A model generated the notes under the pieces. It worked only from the letters and a program-made list of their open reading frames with translations. It had not been told where the DNA came from and searched no databases. 64,000 nt of DNA from Candidatus Woesearchaeota archaeon (GTDB taxonomy: Archaea; Nanobdellota; Nanobdellia; Pacearchaeales; GW2011-AR1). Of the stretch, positions 1 to 10,465 are shown piece by piece. The first letter of the stretch is position 1. Every line of letters starts with the position of its first letter. Both the position numbers and the translations under genes were made by a program. Where the stretch lies: positions 71,425-135,424 of the forward strand of contig CAZDXC010000002.1 of the NCBI GenBank assembly GCA_964509675.1, in the 5' to 3' direction.

Positions 1-2
1 AA

Positions 3-896
3 AAACAGAATTTTAAGGAAAGGTTTGCTAATTTCCATGACAAGAATTACAAATTATTACTTTTAATACCAATTATTTTAATTATTTCTGGTTTTATATA
101 TATGGGTTTTTTTTATTCACACAACCATGATTTTATTTACAAAGATATTTCTTTGACAGGAGGAACTTCTGTTACAATTAATGATGGAAGCATTAATCCA
201 ATCGATTTAAAAAATGCGATTTCAAATAAATTAGAAAACGTTCATGTTCGTGAAGTTTCAGATTTAGTGACTCAAAAGCGCATTGCAGTAATAGTAGAAA
301 CAAAAAGTAATGAACAACAAACAAAGAAAGTCCTTGAAGGCTACCTTGGCTATAAATTGATTGAAGGCCAAAACAGCAGTTTTGAGTTCACAGGCTCGAC
401 GTTAGGTGAAAGTTTTTACAGACAACTCTTAATTTCTTTATTAATTGCCTTTGTTTTAATGGCTGTTGTTGTCTTTATACAATTTAAAACCTTTGTTCCT
501 TCTACAGCAGTAATCTTTTCTGCTTTTGCTGATATTTTTATGACTTTGGTTTTAGTAAATATTTTGGGAATACAAATATCAAGTGCAGGAATTGTTGCAT
601 TTCTTATGCTTATCGGATATAGCGTTGATACAGATATTCTGCTTACAAATAAGGTATTGAAACGAGAAGGGAAATCCTTAAACAACAAAATTTTCGAATC
701 ATTCAAGACAGGAATAACTATGACATTAACTTCTCTTTTTGCTGTTCTTACAGCTCTTATTATTGTTGGCTCTTTTTCTTTGATATTACATCAAATTTTT
801 CTTATCCTTGCAATAGGCCTGAGCTTTGATATATTGAATACCTGGCTTACTAATGTTTCAATAATTAAATGGTATTCATTAAAAAAGAAAAAATGA
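3..896 (+). CDS. secF: Protein-export membrane protein SecF (5' partial; the ORF is open to the window start)
   Basis: GYSVDTDILLTNKV motif of the SecD/F family near the C-terminal TM bundle. Upstream in-frame codons carry no stop and encode the N-terminal TM helix (LLLLIPIILIISGF) preceding the GGTSVTI periplasmic domain. Archaeal secF-secD gene order. Confidence 0.8.
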   Translation, partial: KQNFKERFANFHDKNYKLLLLIPIILIISGFIYMGFFYSHNHDFIYKDISLTGGTSVTINDGSINPIDLKNAISNKLENVHVREVSDLVTQKRIAVIVETKSNEQQTKKVLEGYLGYKLIEGQNSSFEFTGSTLGESFYRQLLISLLIAFVLMAVVVFIQFKTFVPSTAVIFSAFADIFMTLVLVNILGIQISSAGIVAFLMLIGYSVDTDILLTNKVLKREGKSLNNKIFESFKTGITMTLTSLFAVLTALIIVGSFSLILHQIFLILAIGLSFDILNTWLTNVSIIKWYSLKKKK

Positions 897-2419
897 AAAT
901 TAAACTCACTTTTAAGATTTGGCTTTGGATAATTATTTTTATCTTGGCTTTAGTTTCTATTTTTGTTACTCCTAATTTTCTTCAGAAAGGCGTTTTGGTA
1001 ACCAGTGTTGAGCAAAATTCTTCTGCTTTTGAAGAAGGATTAAGGCAAGGGCAAGTTATTACAGCGATAGATGGAAAAACAGTTAATAATGTCGAAGATT
1101 ATTCAAAAATTGTTCAAAGTAAGTTCATTTCTGATGAAAAAGTGAAAACCATCGTAGCAACAACAGAAGATGAATATATCATTTATTCTAACAATTCTTT
1201 AGAAATAACAGTATCTAATCTTCCAAAGACAAATTTAAAGACAGGACTGGATTTAAGCGGAGGTTCCAGAGCATTAGTGAAAGCAGAGAATCATAAACTT
1301 ACTTCTTCGGAAGTAAATGATTTAGTAAATGTAATAAGCAACAGGTTTAATGTTTACGGGATTTCTGATATGACAATCAGGCCAGTTAGAGATTTAAGCG
1401 GAAATTATTTTATGTTGGTTGAAATTGCAGGCGCAACTCCCCAAAATTTAGAAAATCTTGTTTCTCAGCAAGGAAAATTTGAAGGAAAAATAGGAAATGA
1501 TATCGTTTTTATTGGAGGGGAAAGAGATATTAGAAATGTAGCACAAGGAGGACAAGATTTAGGAATTACTAGTTGTAACTCTTTTTCAGGTGGATATATT
1601 TGCCAATTTAGATTTGGGGTTACTATAAGTTCTCAAGCTGCTGAACGGCAGGCAGCAATAACCAAAAATTTAACTATTATTACTGGTCCTAATGGAGAAA
1701 GTTATCTCTCTAAACCATTAGATTTATATTTAGATGGTAAATTTTACAGTAATCTTTCTATAAGTGCAAATTTGAAGGGAAATCCTGCATTACAAATTTC
1801 AATTAGTGGTTCTGGGGCAGGCCCAACAAAAGATGATGCAATAAATGCAGCAAATGATGAAATGAAAAGATTACAAACAATTCTCATGACAGGAAGTCTT
1901 CCGTATAAATTAGAAATCGTTAAATTACAAACCATTTCTCCTACTCTTGGAACCAATTTTACAAAATACATTTTTATTGCAGGAATTGTTGCCCTTCTTT
2001 TAGTTTCAATTATAATCTTTATAAGATATAGAGTAAAATCTTCAATTTTCCCTTTAATAATATGTATTTCTGAGATAATTATAATATTAGGAGTTGCTGC
2101 TTTTATGAAATGGGATTTAGATTTACCTGCAATAGCAGGAATTTTGGCTGCTATTGGAACAGGCGTAGATGATCAAATTGTTGTGTTAGATGAAGCAAAG
2201 CAAAAAGAATCTCTAAGCATAAAACAGAGAATTAAAAGGGCATTTGCAATAATTTTAGGAGCATATTTTACTGTGGTGGTTTCATTAATTCCTTTATGGT
2301 GGGCAGGAGCAGGATTATTAAAAGGGTTCGTTTTCACAACTCTTGTGGGAATTACAGCAGGGGTTTTAATTACTCGTCCTGCTTTCGCAGATATTGTAAA
2401 ACTGACAGAGAAACAGTAA
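869..2419 (+). CDS. secD: Protein-export membrane protein SecD
   Basis: Large periplasmic domain followed by C-terminal TM bundle with GTGVDDQIVVLDE (SecD/F signature). Immediately downstream of secF. The start may be the internal MKIK at ~893. Confidence 0.8.
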   Translation: MVFIKKEKMKIKLTFKIWLWIIIFILALVSIFVTPNFLQKGVLVTSVEQNSSAFEEGLRQGQVITAIDGKTVNNVEDYSKIVQSKFISDEKVKTIVATTEDEYIIYSNNSLEITVSNLPKTNLKTGLDLSGGSRALVKAENHKLTSSEVNDLVNVISNRFNVYGISDMTIRPVRDLSGNYFMLVEIAGATPQNLENLVSQQGKFEGKIGNDIVFIGGERDIRNVAQGGQDLGITSCNSFSGGYICQFRFGVTISSQAAERQAAITKNLTIITGPNGESYLSKPLDLYLDGKFYSNLSISANLKGNPALQISISGSGAGPTKDDAINAANDEMKRLQTILMTGSLPYKLEIVKLQTISPTLGTNFTKYIFIAGIVALLLVSIIIFIRYRVKSSIFPLIICISEIIIILGVAAFMKWDLDLPAIAGILAAIGTGVDDQIVVLDEAKQKESLSIKQRIKRAFAIILGAYFTVVVSLIPLWWAGAGLLKGFVFTTLVGITAGVLITRPAFADIVKLTEKQ

Positions 2420-2878
2420 ATGCGGCCACAAATTCATTTTCTTTTAGGAATTATCTTTGTGATTTTTTTATATTTCTTTTTCTTTCCAATTATTTCTGTA
2501 TTCGGTTTAACGATTATTTTTCTGTCCTCAGTTTTAATAGACATAGACCATTATATTTATTATGTCTTTAAGAAAAAAGACTTGAACCCTTTCAAAGCAT
2601 ATGAATGGTATAAAAAATACACTTGTAAATTCTGTTCCTTGCCTAATGAAAAACAAAAGAAACTTTTTTTGGGTTTTTATTTTTTACATGGAATAGAAAT
2701 TTTGTTGCTTTTTCTTTTTCTTGGTTATATTTCACAATTTTTTATTTTTATATTTATTGGATTTTTCTTTCATTGGTCTGTTGATTTAATCTCAGACATA
2801 ATTTGGAAAAGAAGATTAGATAAACTTTCCATAATTTATAATATCTTGAATTTTAGAAAATTAACTCCTTTAGAATAA
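2420..2878 (+). CDS. Hypothetical small polytopic membrane protein
   Basis: 152 aa, 4-5 predicted hydrophobic helices, no recognisable motif. Starts exactly at the secD stop. Confidence 0.4.
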   Translation: MRPQIHFLLGIIFVIFLYFFFFPIISVFGLTIIFLSSVLIDIDHYIYYVFKKKDLNPFKAYEWYKKYTCKFCSLPNEKQKKLFLGFYFLHGIEILLLFLFLGYISQFFIFIFIGFFFHWSVDLISDIIWKRRLDKLSIIYNILNFRKLTPLE

Positions 2879-2935
2879 TTTATTTGATATTTCTACTACA
2901 TAAATCTTTTTAAATTTCTATCTTTATGAAGTAAA

Positions 2936-3886
2936 ATGACTAGTAAAAAGAATGTTTTAATCACTGGTGGAGCTGGTTTTGGAGGAAGTGGTTTGGCCAA
3001 AGAACTTCTGAAAAAAGGACATGATGTAAGAATTATTGATATTGTTGCTCCAAATGAAGCATGGAGACTTAAGGGGGTAATAGATAATGTAGATTACAGA
3101 TGGAAATCTGCACAGGATATTAAAGATGATGATATGAAAGGAATAGATTCTGTTGTTCATATGGCTGCCCAGGCAGATGTTCCAATGGGATTTACAGCCC
3201 CTTTTTGGACTGGTTGGGAAGAAACTATGGGAACAATTCCTGTTTTAGAAGCATGCAGAGGAAAAAATTTGGATAGATTTGTTCTTGCTAGCACAGGAAA
3301 TGTTATTGGCAGGCCTTTGTATCTTCCAATAAATGAGAAACATCCTGTAGTTCCTCATAATCCTTATTCTGCTACAAAAGCAAGCCAGGAATTATTAGCC
3401 CATGCGTACAGAAGATGTTATGATATTCCAACTGCTGTGATGAGAAATGGAATAGTCTATGGGCCAGGAATGAGGAAACAAATTTTCATTTATATTTGGC
3501 TTAAGAATATTCTTAATAACAAGCCCATAACAATAGAGGGGGGAGAACAAACAAGAGACCCCTGTTATGCGAGTGATACAATGGATGCATGGGTTAAAGT
3601 TTTAGAAGCTCCTAGGGAAAAAGTTATCGGAGAGACTTTTCAGGTAAGTAGAGGCAAGGAATGGCATATGAAAGATATTGCTAAAATGTGTATGAAAGTT
3701 GCCGGAAAAGAAGTTCCGATAGTTTATACAGATTACAGACCAGGAGAAAGAGGGCAGAGAGAATGTTTTGATAATTCTTTTGCAGAAAAACAAGTTGGGT
3801 ATAAACCCAAGATAGATTTAGAAGAAGGACTTAAACCAACATGGAAATGGGTTCAGGAACAAGAGGCTTACAATCCATTATCTTAG
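2936..3886 (+). CDS. NAD-dependent sugar epimerase/dehydratase (extended SDR, UDP-glucose 4-epimerase-like)
   Basis: N-terminal Rossmann motif VLITGGAGFGGSGL. Catalytic YSATK (YxxxK). Length 316 aa. Confidence 0.85.
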   Translation: MTSKKNVLITGGAGFGGSGLAKELLKKGHDVRIIDIVAPNEAWRLKGVIDNVDYRWKSAQDIKDDDMKGIDSVVHMAAQADVPMGFTAPFWTGWEETMGTIPVLEACRGKNLDRFVLASTGNVIGRPLYLPINEKHPVVPHNPYSATKASQELLAHAYRRCYDIPTAVMRNGIVYGPGMRKQIFIYIWLKNILNNKPITIEGGEQTRDPCYASDTMDAWVKVLEAPREKVIGETFQVSRGKEWHMKDIAKMCMKVAGKEVPIVYTDYRPGERGQRECFDNSFAEKQVGYKPKIDLEEGLKPTWKWVQEQEAYNPLS

Positions 3887-4003
3887 ATTTCTTAGATACC
3901 TATCTATAAACCAATAGGACAAATAAAAAACGTTTATATATCAAAAAAAATATCTAAGTCGATGCAGGATGAGAACTTAAATATTATTTTTTCATAATTT
4001 CAA

Positions 4004-5545
4004 ATGTATAAAAATACAGAAAATCAGGAAATAAAGGGCTCTCTTAAGATAATTGCGAAAACCTCTTTTTTTATTTTTACAATAATTTTATTCTCAAAAA
4101 TTACATCATATTTTTATAGAATAGTTATTGCTAGAGAATTTGGACCTATGATATATGGTACCTTTTCACTAGCTTTAATAGTTTTTTTGCTTTTTATATC
4201 TCTTTCTTCTTTTGGTTTTTTTGAAGGACTTTTGAGATTTATACCATTATATAGAGGAATTAAAAAAATAAATAACATTAGATATATTTTTAGATTTTCT
4301 GTTTTAATATTAACTGTATCAAGTCTTTTCTTTGGGGGAATCCTCTTTTTTTCTTCAGAATTTATTTCAACCAATATTTTTCATGATTCAAATCTGATAA
4401 TTTTTCTTAGAATATTATCCATAGCAATGCCTTTTTATATTATTAGTTTCGTTTTTCTCTCTTTAATCAGAGGTTTTGAAAAAATAAAAATACATTCTTT
4501 TATATCTGAATTTTTCCAGAATTTAGTTAAATTAGTTTCTCTTTTTTTGCTTATCTTTTTTGGATTTAAGATTAATTCGGTGCCACTTTCTTATTTGATT
4601 GGTATTTTATTAGTTTTTGGAGCATCATATTTTTATTGTAGATACAAATTACCCGGAATTTTTAAAAAATATCTTTTAAAAAAGATCATAAAGAAAAAGA
4701 TAAAAAGAAAATTTCTTTTATATTCTACTCCTTTAATTTTTTTGACTATTCTCTATGATATTTTCGGGTATACGGATTCCTTTGTTATTGGATTATTTAA
4801 GGGTTCTTTTAGTGTAGGTTTATATAATGCTGCTCTTCCAATTGCCTATTTAATGTCATTTGTTCCTTCTTTGTTTTTACAGATTTTTTTTCCAATGATT
4901 ACTAGAGAATTTTCTAAAAATAAAATTGATGTTATAAGAGAATTGAGCAAACAAGTCCAGAAATGGATATTAATTATTAATCTTCCTCTATTCGCACTTA
5001 TGTTTTTATTTTCAGGAGCTTTTATTAATTTGCTTTTTGGTTCTCAATATGTAGGAGCAGAACAGGTTCTTAGAATCTTATCTATTGGTTTTTTATTTTA
5101 TTCTATGGTGCAGATTTTAGAGAATTTGATTTTAGTTAAAGGAAAATCAAAAATATTTTTGATGAACATGATATTTTTAGCCCTTTTCAATTTAATATTA
5201 AATATTTTGCTTATCCCTCTCTATGGAATTGAGGGAGCAGCATTTTCTACAACCATAAGTTATGTACTTCTTGGAATAATTCTTCTTTTTCAAGTTAAAT
5301 ATTATTTAAACATAATCCCCCTAAGAAGAAAAATGTTCCAAATATTAATTTCAGTAGCAATTCCTTCTATAATTTTATTTTATATCCGACAATTCTTCCA
5401 AATTAATCTTGTTTCAATAATTCTCCTTGTTTTCTTTTTTATTTTACTATATACTCTGCTAATATTAATAACAAAAAGTTTAGATAAGAATGATTTTGAG
5501 ATATTAAAAATATTTAAAAGAAAGTTAACAGGAAGTCCAAAATGA
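4004..5545 (+). CDS. Oligosaccharide/polysaccharide flippase (Wzx/AglR-like, MOP superfamily)
   Basis: 513 aa, ~12-14 TM helices, polysaccharide-biosynthesis-protein-like N-terminus. Located in the glycosylation island. Confidence 0.7.
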   Translation: MYKNTENQEIKGSLKIIAKTSFFIFTIILFSKITSYFYRIVIAREFGPMIYGTFSLALIVFLLFISLSSFGFFEGLLRFIPLYRGIKKINNIRYIFRFSVLILTVSSLFFGGILFFSSEFISTNIFHDSNLIIFLRILSIAMPFYIISFVFLSLIRGFEKIKIHSFISEFFQNLVKLVSLFLLIFFGFKINSVPLSYLIGILLVFGASYFYCRYKLPGIFKKYLLKKIIKKKIKRKFLLYSTPLIFLTILYDIFGYTDSFVIGLFKGSFSVGLYNAALPIAYLMSFVPSLFLQIFFPMITREFSKNKIDVIRELSKQVQKWILIINLPLFALMFLFSGAFINLLFGSQYVGAEQVLRILSIGFLFYSMVQILENLILVKGKSKIFLMNMIFLALFNLILNILLIPLYGIEGAAFSTTISYVLLGIILLFQVKYYLNIIPLRRKMFQILISVAIPSIILFYIRQFFQINLVSIILLVFFFILLYTLLILITKSLDKNDFEILKIFKRKLTGSPK

Positions 5546-6720
5546 AGAATAAAAAAAGAATAATTTTTTATTATGCCTCTACACCTTCAATTATGATCCA
5601 TAGAATTGCAAAAAGATTTCATAAAAAAGGTTATGAAACTATTCTTTTTGCGATGTGCGAAAAAGACAGGTTTGATTATCAATTTTATTCAGAAGCTTTT
5701 GACAAAATAGAATGTTCAAATTTTCAATTTTTTAAACTTAGTTTAAAGACTCCTTTTTATTTCTTAAAGAGAGGATTTTCTTTAATGAAATTTTTAATCT
5801 CAATGAAATTTGTTAAGCCTTATATTGTAATGGGTATTTCTGGAAATAATTGGCAATTAAAATTAATCCATAAATATTTTCTTAAGAAATACCCTTTTAT
5901 TTATTTTCCTTATGACATTCTTTCTATTATTCTAAATGAAAATAAACCCCCCCAATTTGAAATAAATGCAGAAAAATATTGTTTTGAAAATTCTGATGGA
6001 ATAATACATAAAGGAGATCCTGATGAATTAAAATTTTTTAATAATAAAATGAATCTATCTAAGTTTCAACTAAGTTTTTTACCTTATTGTTCAAATGAGT
6101 CAATAATTCCAATAAATAAAAATAAATTTTCTTCTCAAAATAAGGAAATTCATTTAGTTTATATTGGTTTTTTTTATAATGATCCCCACTCTCTAAAAAA
6201 ATTTATTAAATGTTTTAAGATAATATTACAACAAAAAATTCATATTCATATTTATACTAGAGTTAGTCATATCCCAGAAAAAGAGGAAGAAAAATATATA
6301 CATGATTTTTTCAAACCTCTTTTGGATAATAAATATTTCCATTTACATAAATTAGTTGGGAAAAAAGAAACAATTCAAGAAATTTCCAGATATGATTTTG
6401 GTTTTTGGCCGATTCATGCAGTTACAAAAGAATCAAAAATTGCAACAGGGAATAAACTTGCAGGATTTTTAGAAGCAGGATTACCATTTATTTATGACCA
6501 AGATTTGGAATTTGTAGATAAGCTTATGAAAAAATGGGGGATGGATAACCTTTCTTATAATGAAAAAAATCTTAAGACTTTGAAAAAGAGATTAATGAAT
6601 CTAAATTATAAAAATTTATTAAAAAAATTAGAAAAGGCAAGAAAAAATTTTGATCTTGATAAGAATTTTTCAAGATTAGAGAAATTTATAGCAAGGATTG
6701 TAGAAAGAAAAAACTTTTAA
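5542..6720 (+). CDS. Hypothetical protein, possible divergent GT-B fold glycosyltransferase
   Basis: C-terminal segment GNKLAGFLEAGLPFI resembles the E-x7-E region of GT4/GT1 C-terminal domains. Otherwise no clear motif. Confidence 0.35.
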   Translation: MKNKKRIIFYYASTPSIMIHRIAKRFHKKGYETILFAMCEKDRFDYQFYSEAFDKIECSNFQFFKLSLKTPFYFLKRGFSLMKFLISMKFVKPYIVMGISGNNWQLKLIHKYFLKKYPFIYFPYDILSIILNENKPPQFEINAEKYCFENSDGIIHKGDPDELKFFNNKMNLSKFQLSFLPYCSNESIIPINKNKFSSQNKEIHLVYIGFFYNDPHSLKKFIKCFKIILQQKIHIHIYTRVSHIPEKEEEKYIHDFFKPLLDNKYFHLHKLVGKKETIQEISRYDFGFWPIHAVTKESKIATGNKLAGFLEAGLPFIYDQDLEFVDKLMKKWGMDNLSYNEKNLKTLKKRLMNLNYKNLLKKLEKARKNFDLDKNFSRLEKFIARIVERKNF

Positions 6721-6737
6721 AAAGAAATAAATAATCA

Positions 6738-7400
6738 TTGAAGATGAAATCCCTTACAAAAAATAAAAGATTTAGAGAGAAATATGGTTTTGAGAAACCC
6801 AAAGATTTAAAATCAAGAATAAAAATATGGATAGAGAGAGTTTTTTTCTTAGAATTCTTACATTTACATATTAAAAAACAACACCCCAAACCCCATGTAA
6901 GATTCTTAAAAACTTTTTTTGGAAATAGAGACTTGATTGGATGTGAAATAGGCATATATAAAGGAGAAAATTCAGAACAACTTTTAAAAAATTTGAATAT
7001 CCAAAAATTGTATTTAATTGACCCTTATATTGAGTATAAAGATTATGATATTGAAAATGAGTTTACAATACAGATACCCTTTAAAAAAATTGAACCTGTT
7101 GCACATAAAAAATTATCAAGATATAAAGATAAAATAATTTTTATTAAAGAAAAATCTTCTGATGCCCTTTCAAAAATTCCTTCTAACTTAGATTTTGTTT
7201 ATATAGATGGAAATCATGCCTATAAATTTGTAAAAGAAGATATTGAAAATTATTACAAGAAAATAAGGAAAGGAGGAATCCTTTCAGGGCATGATATTGA
7301 CCACCCAGAAATAGCAAGAGCAGTTATAGAATTTATTCAAAAAGAAAAGATAAACAATTTTCAGGTTGATTTTCAAGATTGGTGGATCAAAAAAAAATAA
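6738..7400 (+). CDS. Class I SAM-dependent O-methyltransferase (Methyltransf_24 / TylF-CmcI-like)
   Basis: LIGCEIGIYKGENS (motif I) and YIDGNHAY, characteristic of macrocin-O-MT/cephalosporin hydroxylase-like methyltransferases. Confidence 0.6.
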   Translation: MKMKSLTKNKRFREKYGFEKPKDLKSRIKIWIERVFFLEFLHLHIKKQHPKPHVRFLKTFFGNRDLIGCEIGIYKGENSEQLLKNLNIQKLYLIDPYIEYKDYDIENEFTIQIPFKKIEPVAHKKLSRYKDKIIFIKEKSSDALSKIPSNLDFVYIDGNHAYKFVKEDIENYYKKIRKGGILSGHDIDHPEIARAVIEFIQKEKINNFQVDFQDWWIKKK

Positions 7401-7469
7401 AAAATATATTATTTATAATACAATATTTTTTAAAGTCTTTTCTTTTTAAAGACATCAAAAAGAAATCCC

Positions 7470-8645
7470 ATGAAAAAGATATCTGAATTAGCAAAAAGAC
7501 TAGAAGGGCAAAAAATGTTTCAGATACTTTCAAAAGCTAAAGAACTAGAAAGAAGTGGAAAAGATATAATCCATTTTGAGATAGGGGACCCAGATTTTGA
7601 AACCCCTGAAAATGTTATTGAGGGAGCTAGAGAATCACTTAGAAAAGGAGAGACACATTATACATCTTCATGGGGATTACTTGAATTAAGGGTAGCTGCT
7701 GCAGATGTCACATTAAGGTCAAGAGGATTTAAACCAGAACTAAATCAGTTACTAGTCACCCCTGGGGCGAATTATCAGATAAGGCTCACATTGGGGTGTG
7801 CTGTAAATCCAGGAGAAGAAGTAATTCTATCAGACCCCTCTTTTGTAAGTTATCCTTCCCTAATAAATGCTATTGGATTAAAACCAATAAAAATTCCTCT
7901 TTATGAAGAAAATGGATTTAGACTAAATCCAAAAGATATAGAGAAAGCAATAACAGATAAAACAAGAATGATTATTATAAATTCTCCACATAATCCTACG
8001 GGAGCAGTTATGAAGGAAGAGGAAATTAAAAAAACATACGAAATAGCAAAGAAATATGATATTTATTTGCTTAGTGATGAGGTGTACGCAAGGTTGCTAT
8101 ATAAAGATGATAAGACTTACTTTTCTTCTCCAAGCAAATATGATCAATGTAAAGAAAGAACAATAATTGTAAATGGTTTTAGTAAATCTTATGCAATGAC
8201 TGGGTGGAGACTCGGGGTTGTTACAGGGCCCCCTGATTTAATTGAAAAGATGAATTTATTACTTGAATCAGAAATTTCTTGTGTTTCATCATTTATTCAA
8301 AGAGCAGGGATTGAAGCACTACATGGAAGTCCTGAGAAAACTTTCGAAATGAGAGAAGAATATAGAAAAAGGAGAGACGCAATTGTAAAAGGATTAAATA
8401 GCTTACCCAATATAAGATGTATGGAACCTAAGGGAGCCTTTTATGCTTTTCCCAACATAAAAAAAACTGGATTCTCAAGCGAAGATTTTGCAAAATTTAT
8501 GCTAGAAGAAGCGAGTGTTGCTTTATGTCCCGGAAATTTTTTTGGAGAAATGGGAGAAGGATATATTCGATTATGTTATGCAAACTCATTAGATAACATT
8601 AATAGAGGAATTGATAGAATGAGGGGGGTCCTCAAAAATATATAG
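7470..8645 (+). CDS. PLP-dependent aminotransferase, class I/II (AspC-like)
   Basis: NSPHNPTGAV and SKSYAMTGWRLG (PLP-lysine region) motifs. 391 aa. Confidence 0.85.
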   Translation: MKKISELAKRLEGQKMFQILSKAKELERSGKDIIHFEIGDPDFETPENVIEGARESLRKGETHYTSSWGLLELRVAAADVTLRSRGFKPELNQLLVTPGANYQIRLTLGCAVNPGEEVILSDPSFVSYPSLINAIGLKPIKIPLYEENGFRLNPKDIEKAITDKTRMIIINSPHNPTGAVMKEEEIKKTYEIAKKYDIYLLSDEVYARLLYKDDKTYFSSPSKYDQCKERTIIVNGFSKSYAMTGWRLGVVTGPPDLIEKMNLLLESEISCVSSFIQRAGIEALHGSPEKTFEMREEYRKRRDAIVKGLNSLPNIRCMEPKGAFYAFPNIKKTGFSSEDFAKFMLEEASVALCPGNFFGEMGEGYIRLCYANSLDNINRGIDRMRGVLKNI

Positions 8646-8690
8646 TGCTTAATAATTAAATTTAAAAACTTTTTTATAATCACATTTTAG

Positions 8691-10457
8691 ATGGAAATAT
8701 CTGATTATGTTGCCAATTTTATAGCAAATCAAAAGGTAAAACATATTTTTTTAATCACTGGTGGAGCTGTTTTTAATCTAGTTGATGCAATTGCAAGAAA
8801 TAATTCTTTAGAATATATCTGTACAGAACATGAACAAGCAGCAGCCATGGCTGCAGATGCATATTCAAGAGTAACTAAAAATTTGGGAGTGGCAGTATCA
8901 ACTAGTGGGCCAGGGGCGACCAATTTGATAACCGGTGTCTGTTGTTCTTGGTATGATTCAATTCCAACAATGTTTTTCTCGGGGCAAGTGTCTACTCCTA
9001 AATTGAAAGGGAAAAGTAAAATTAGACAATTTGGATTTCAAGAGACTGATGTTTCTTCTTTATTTAAGCCAATAACAAAGTATTCAAAAACTATAAAAGA
9101 TCCTCAGAAAATAAGATATGAATTAGAAAAAGCAAATTATCTCGCAAGAAATGGAAGACCCGGACCTATACTTCTTGATTTACCAAATGATATTCAAAGA
9201 GCAGAAATAAACCCAAAAGAGTTAATTGGATACCGCCCCCATAAAATTGAGAAGGATTTAAATAAATTAGAAGGATTAGTGGAAAAAACAACATATCTTT
9301 TAGAAAATTCAGAAAGGCCAATAATCATATTTGGAGGAGGAATAAGATTAGCAAATGTAGAATCTGAAGCGAGAGAATTGATAGAGAAATTAAATTTTCC
9401 AGCATTAATGACTTGGGCAACTAAAGATCTTTTTCCATATACTCATCCTCTTGTGATAGAAGGATTTGGTGTTTCTTCTGAAAGAACAGGAAATTTTGCA
9501 ATACAAAATTCAGATTTGGCATTGGCTTTAGGAACAAGATTAGATACTCATGAAACAAGTGACCTCACGACCTTTGCTCGTAATGCAAAGAAAATAATAG
9601 TAGATGTAGATAAATATGAATTAGAAAAATATGAAAAAAGGGGAATGAAGCCAGATTTATTGATAAACTGTGATCTTAGAGATTTTTTAAGAATTTTAAG
9701 TAAGAAGAATATAAAAATAAATAATATTTCTAAATGGATAAATAAGATTAATGAATGGAAGAAAAATTATCCTATTTGCCTTCCAGAATATTACAATCAA
9801 AAAGGAAATGTAAATCCTTATGTATTTATGGATGAACTATCAAAACAATCAAAAGAGGGAGATATTATAATTCCTGATGCTGGTGGGAACCTTACTTGGA
9901 CAATGCAAGGGTTCAGGGCAAAAAGGAACCAAAGACTTTTTTCTGCTTTTAATCATTCGCCAATGGGATATTCTCTTCCTGCAAGTATAGGTGCATGTTT
10001 TGCATCTGGGAAAAAATCAGTAACTTGTATTATTGGAGATGGAGGAATACAAATGAATATACATGAATTAGCGACTGCAAAACATCATAATCTCCCAATT
10101 AAAATCTTCCTATTCAATAATCAGGGTTATGGCATAATCCGTCAGACTCTTGAAAATTATATGAACTCAAGATATGAGGCAGTTGATGAAAAATCTGCAG
10201 TTCCAATGCCGAATTTAATAAGAATCGCAAATGCATATGGAATTCGTACTTTAAGCATAAAAGACAATAGGGAAATACAAAGGGGGGTAAAAGAAACTTT
10301 GAATTACAAAGGGGGGCCAATATTATGTGATGTAAACATTCATCCTTATCAAAAAATAGAGCCTAAATTAATCTCCAGCAGACCCTTGGAAGAATGTTCT
10401 CCAGAGCTTCCAAGAGAGGTTTTCTTAAAAGAGATGATTATTAAACCCCTTGGTTAA
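8691..10457 (+). CDS. Thiamine-pyrophosphate-dependent enzyme, acetolactate-synthase large-subunit-like
   Basis: N-terminal TPP-Pyr domain (ITGGAV...TSGPGATNLITG). C-terminal TPP-binding motif IGDGGIQMNIHELATA...NNQGYG. 588 aa with a central domain. Confidence 0.8.
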   Translation: MEISDYVANFIANQKVKHIFLITGGAVFNLVDAIARNNSLEYICTEHEQAAAMAADAYSRVTKNLGVAVSTSGPGATNLITGVCCSWYDSIPTMFFSGQVSTPKLKGKSKIRQFGFQETDVSSLFKPITKYSKTIKDPQKIRYELEKANYLARNGRPGPILLDLPNDIQRAEINPKELIGYRPHKIEKDLNKLEGLVEKTTYLLENSERPIIIFGGGIRLANVESEARELIEKLNFPALMTWATKDLFPYTHPLVIEGFGVSSERTGNFAIQNSDLALALGTRLDTHETSDLTTFARNAKKIIVDVDKYELEKYEKRGMKPDLLINCDLRDFLRILSKKNIKINNISKWINKINEWKKNYPICLPEYYNQKGNVNPYVFMDELSKQSKEGDIIIPDAGGNLTWTMQGFRAKRNQRLFSAFNHSPMGYSLPASIGACFASGKKSVTCIIGDGGIQMNIHELATAKHHNLPIKIFLFNNQGYGIIRQTLENYMNSRYEAVDEKSAVPMPNLIRIANAYGIRTLSIKDNREIQRGVKETLNYKGGPILCDVNIHPYQKIEPKLISSRPLEECSPELPREVFLKEMIIKPLG

Positions 10458-10465
10458 TTTAAGAA

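Noticed and set aside
416-706. Small antisense ORFs inside secF/secD (416-706, 1744-1971) and elsewhere (e.g. 2957-3160, 4114-4374, 8729-8923, 19747-19938, 24107-24298, 42589-42873)
   Set aside because: Each lies entirely within a longer, motif-supported CDS on the opposite strand. None has recognisable domains.
2296-2571. 91-aa plus-strand ORF overlapping the secD 3' end
   Set aside because: It is an out-of-frame overlap with the conserved SecD C-terminus and the following membrane-protein ORF. Cys/Arg-rich nonsense translation.
8691-10457. Considered housekeeping acetolactate synthase IlvB
   Set aside because: No ilvN, ilvC or ilvD lie nearby. The gene is embedded between an aminotransferase and a radical SAM inside a glycan locus. 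It is left as ALS-like TPP enzyme of uncertain role and noted as a finding rather than named ilvB.
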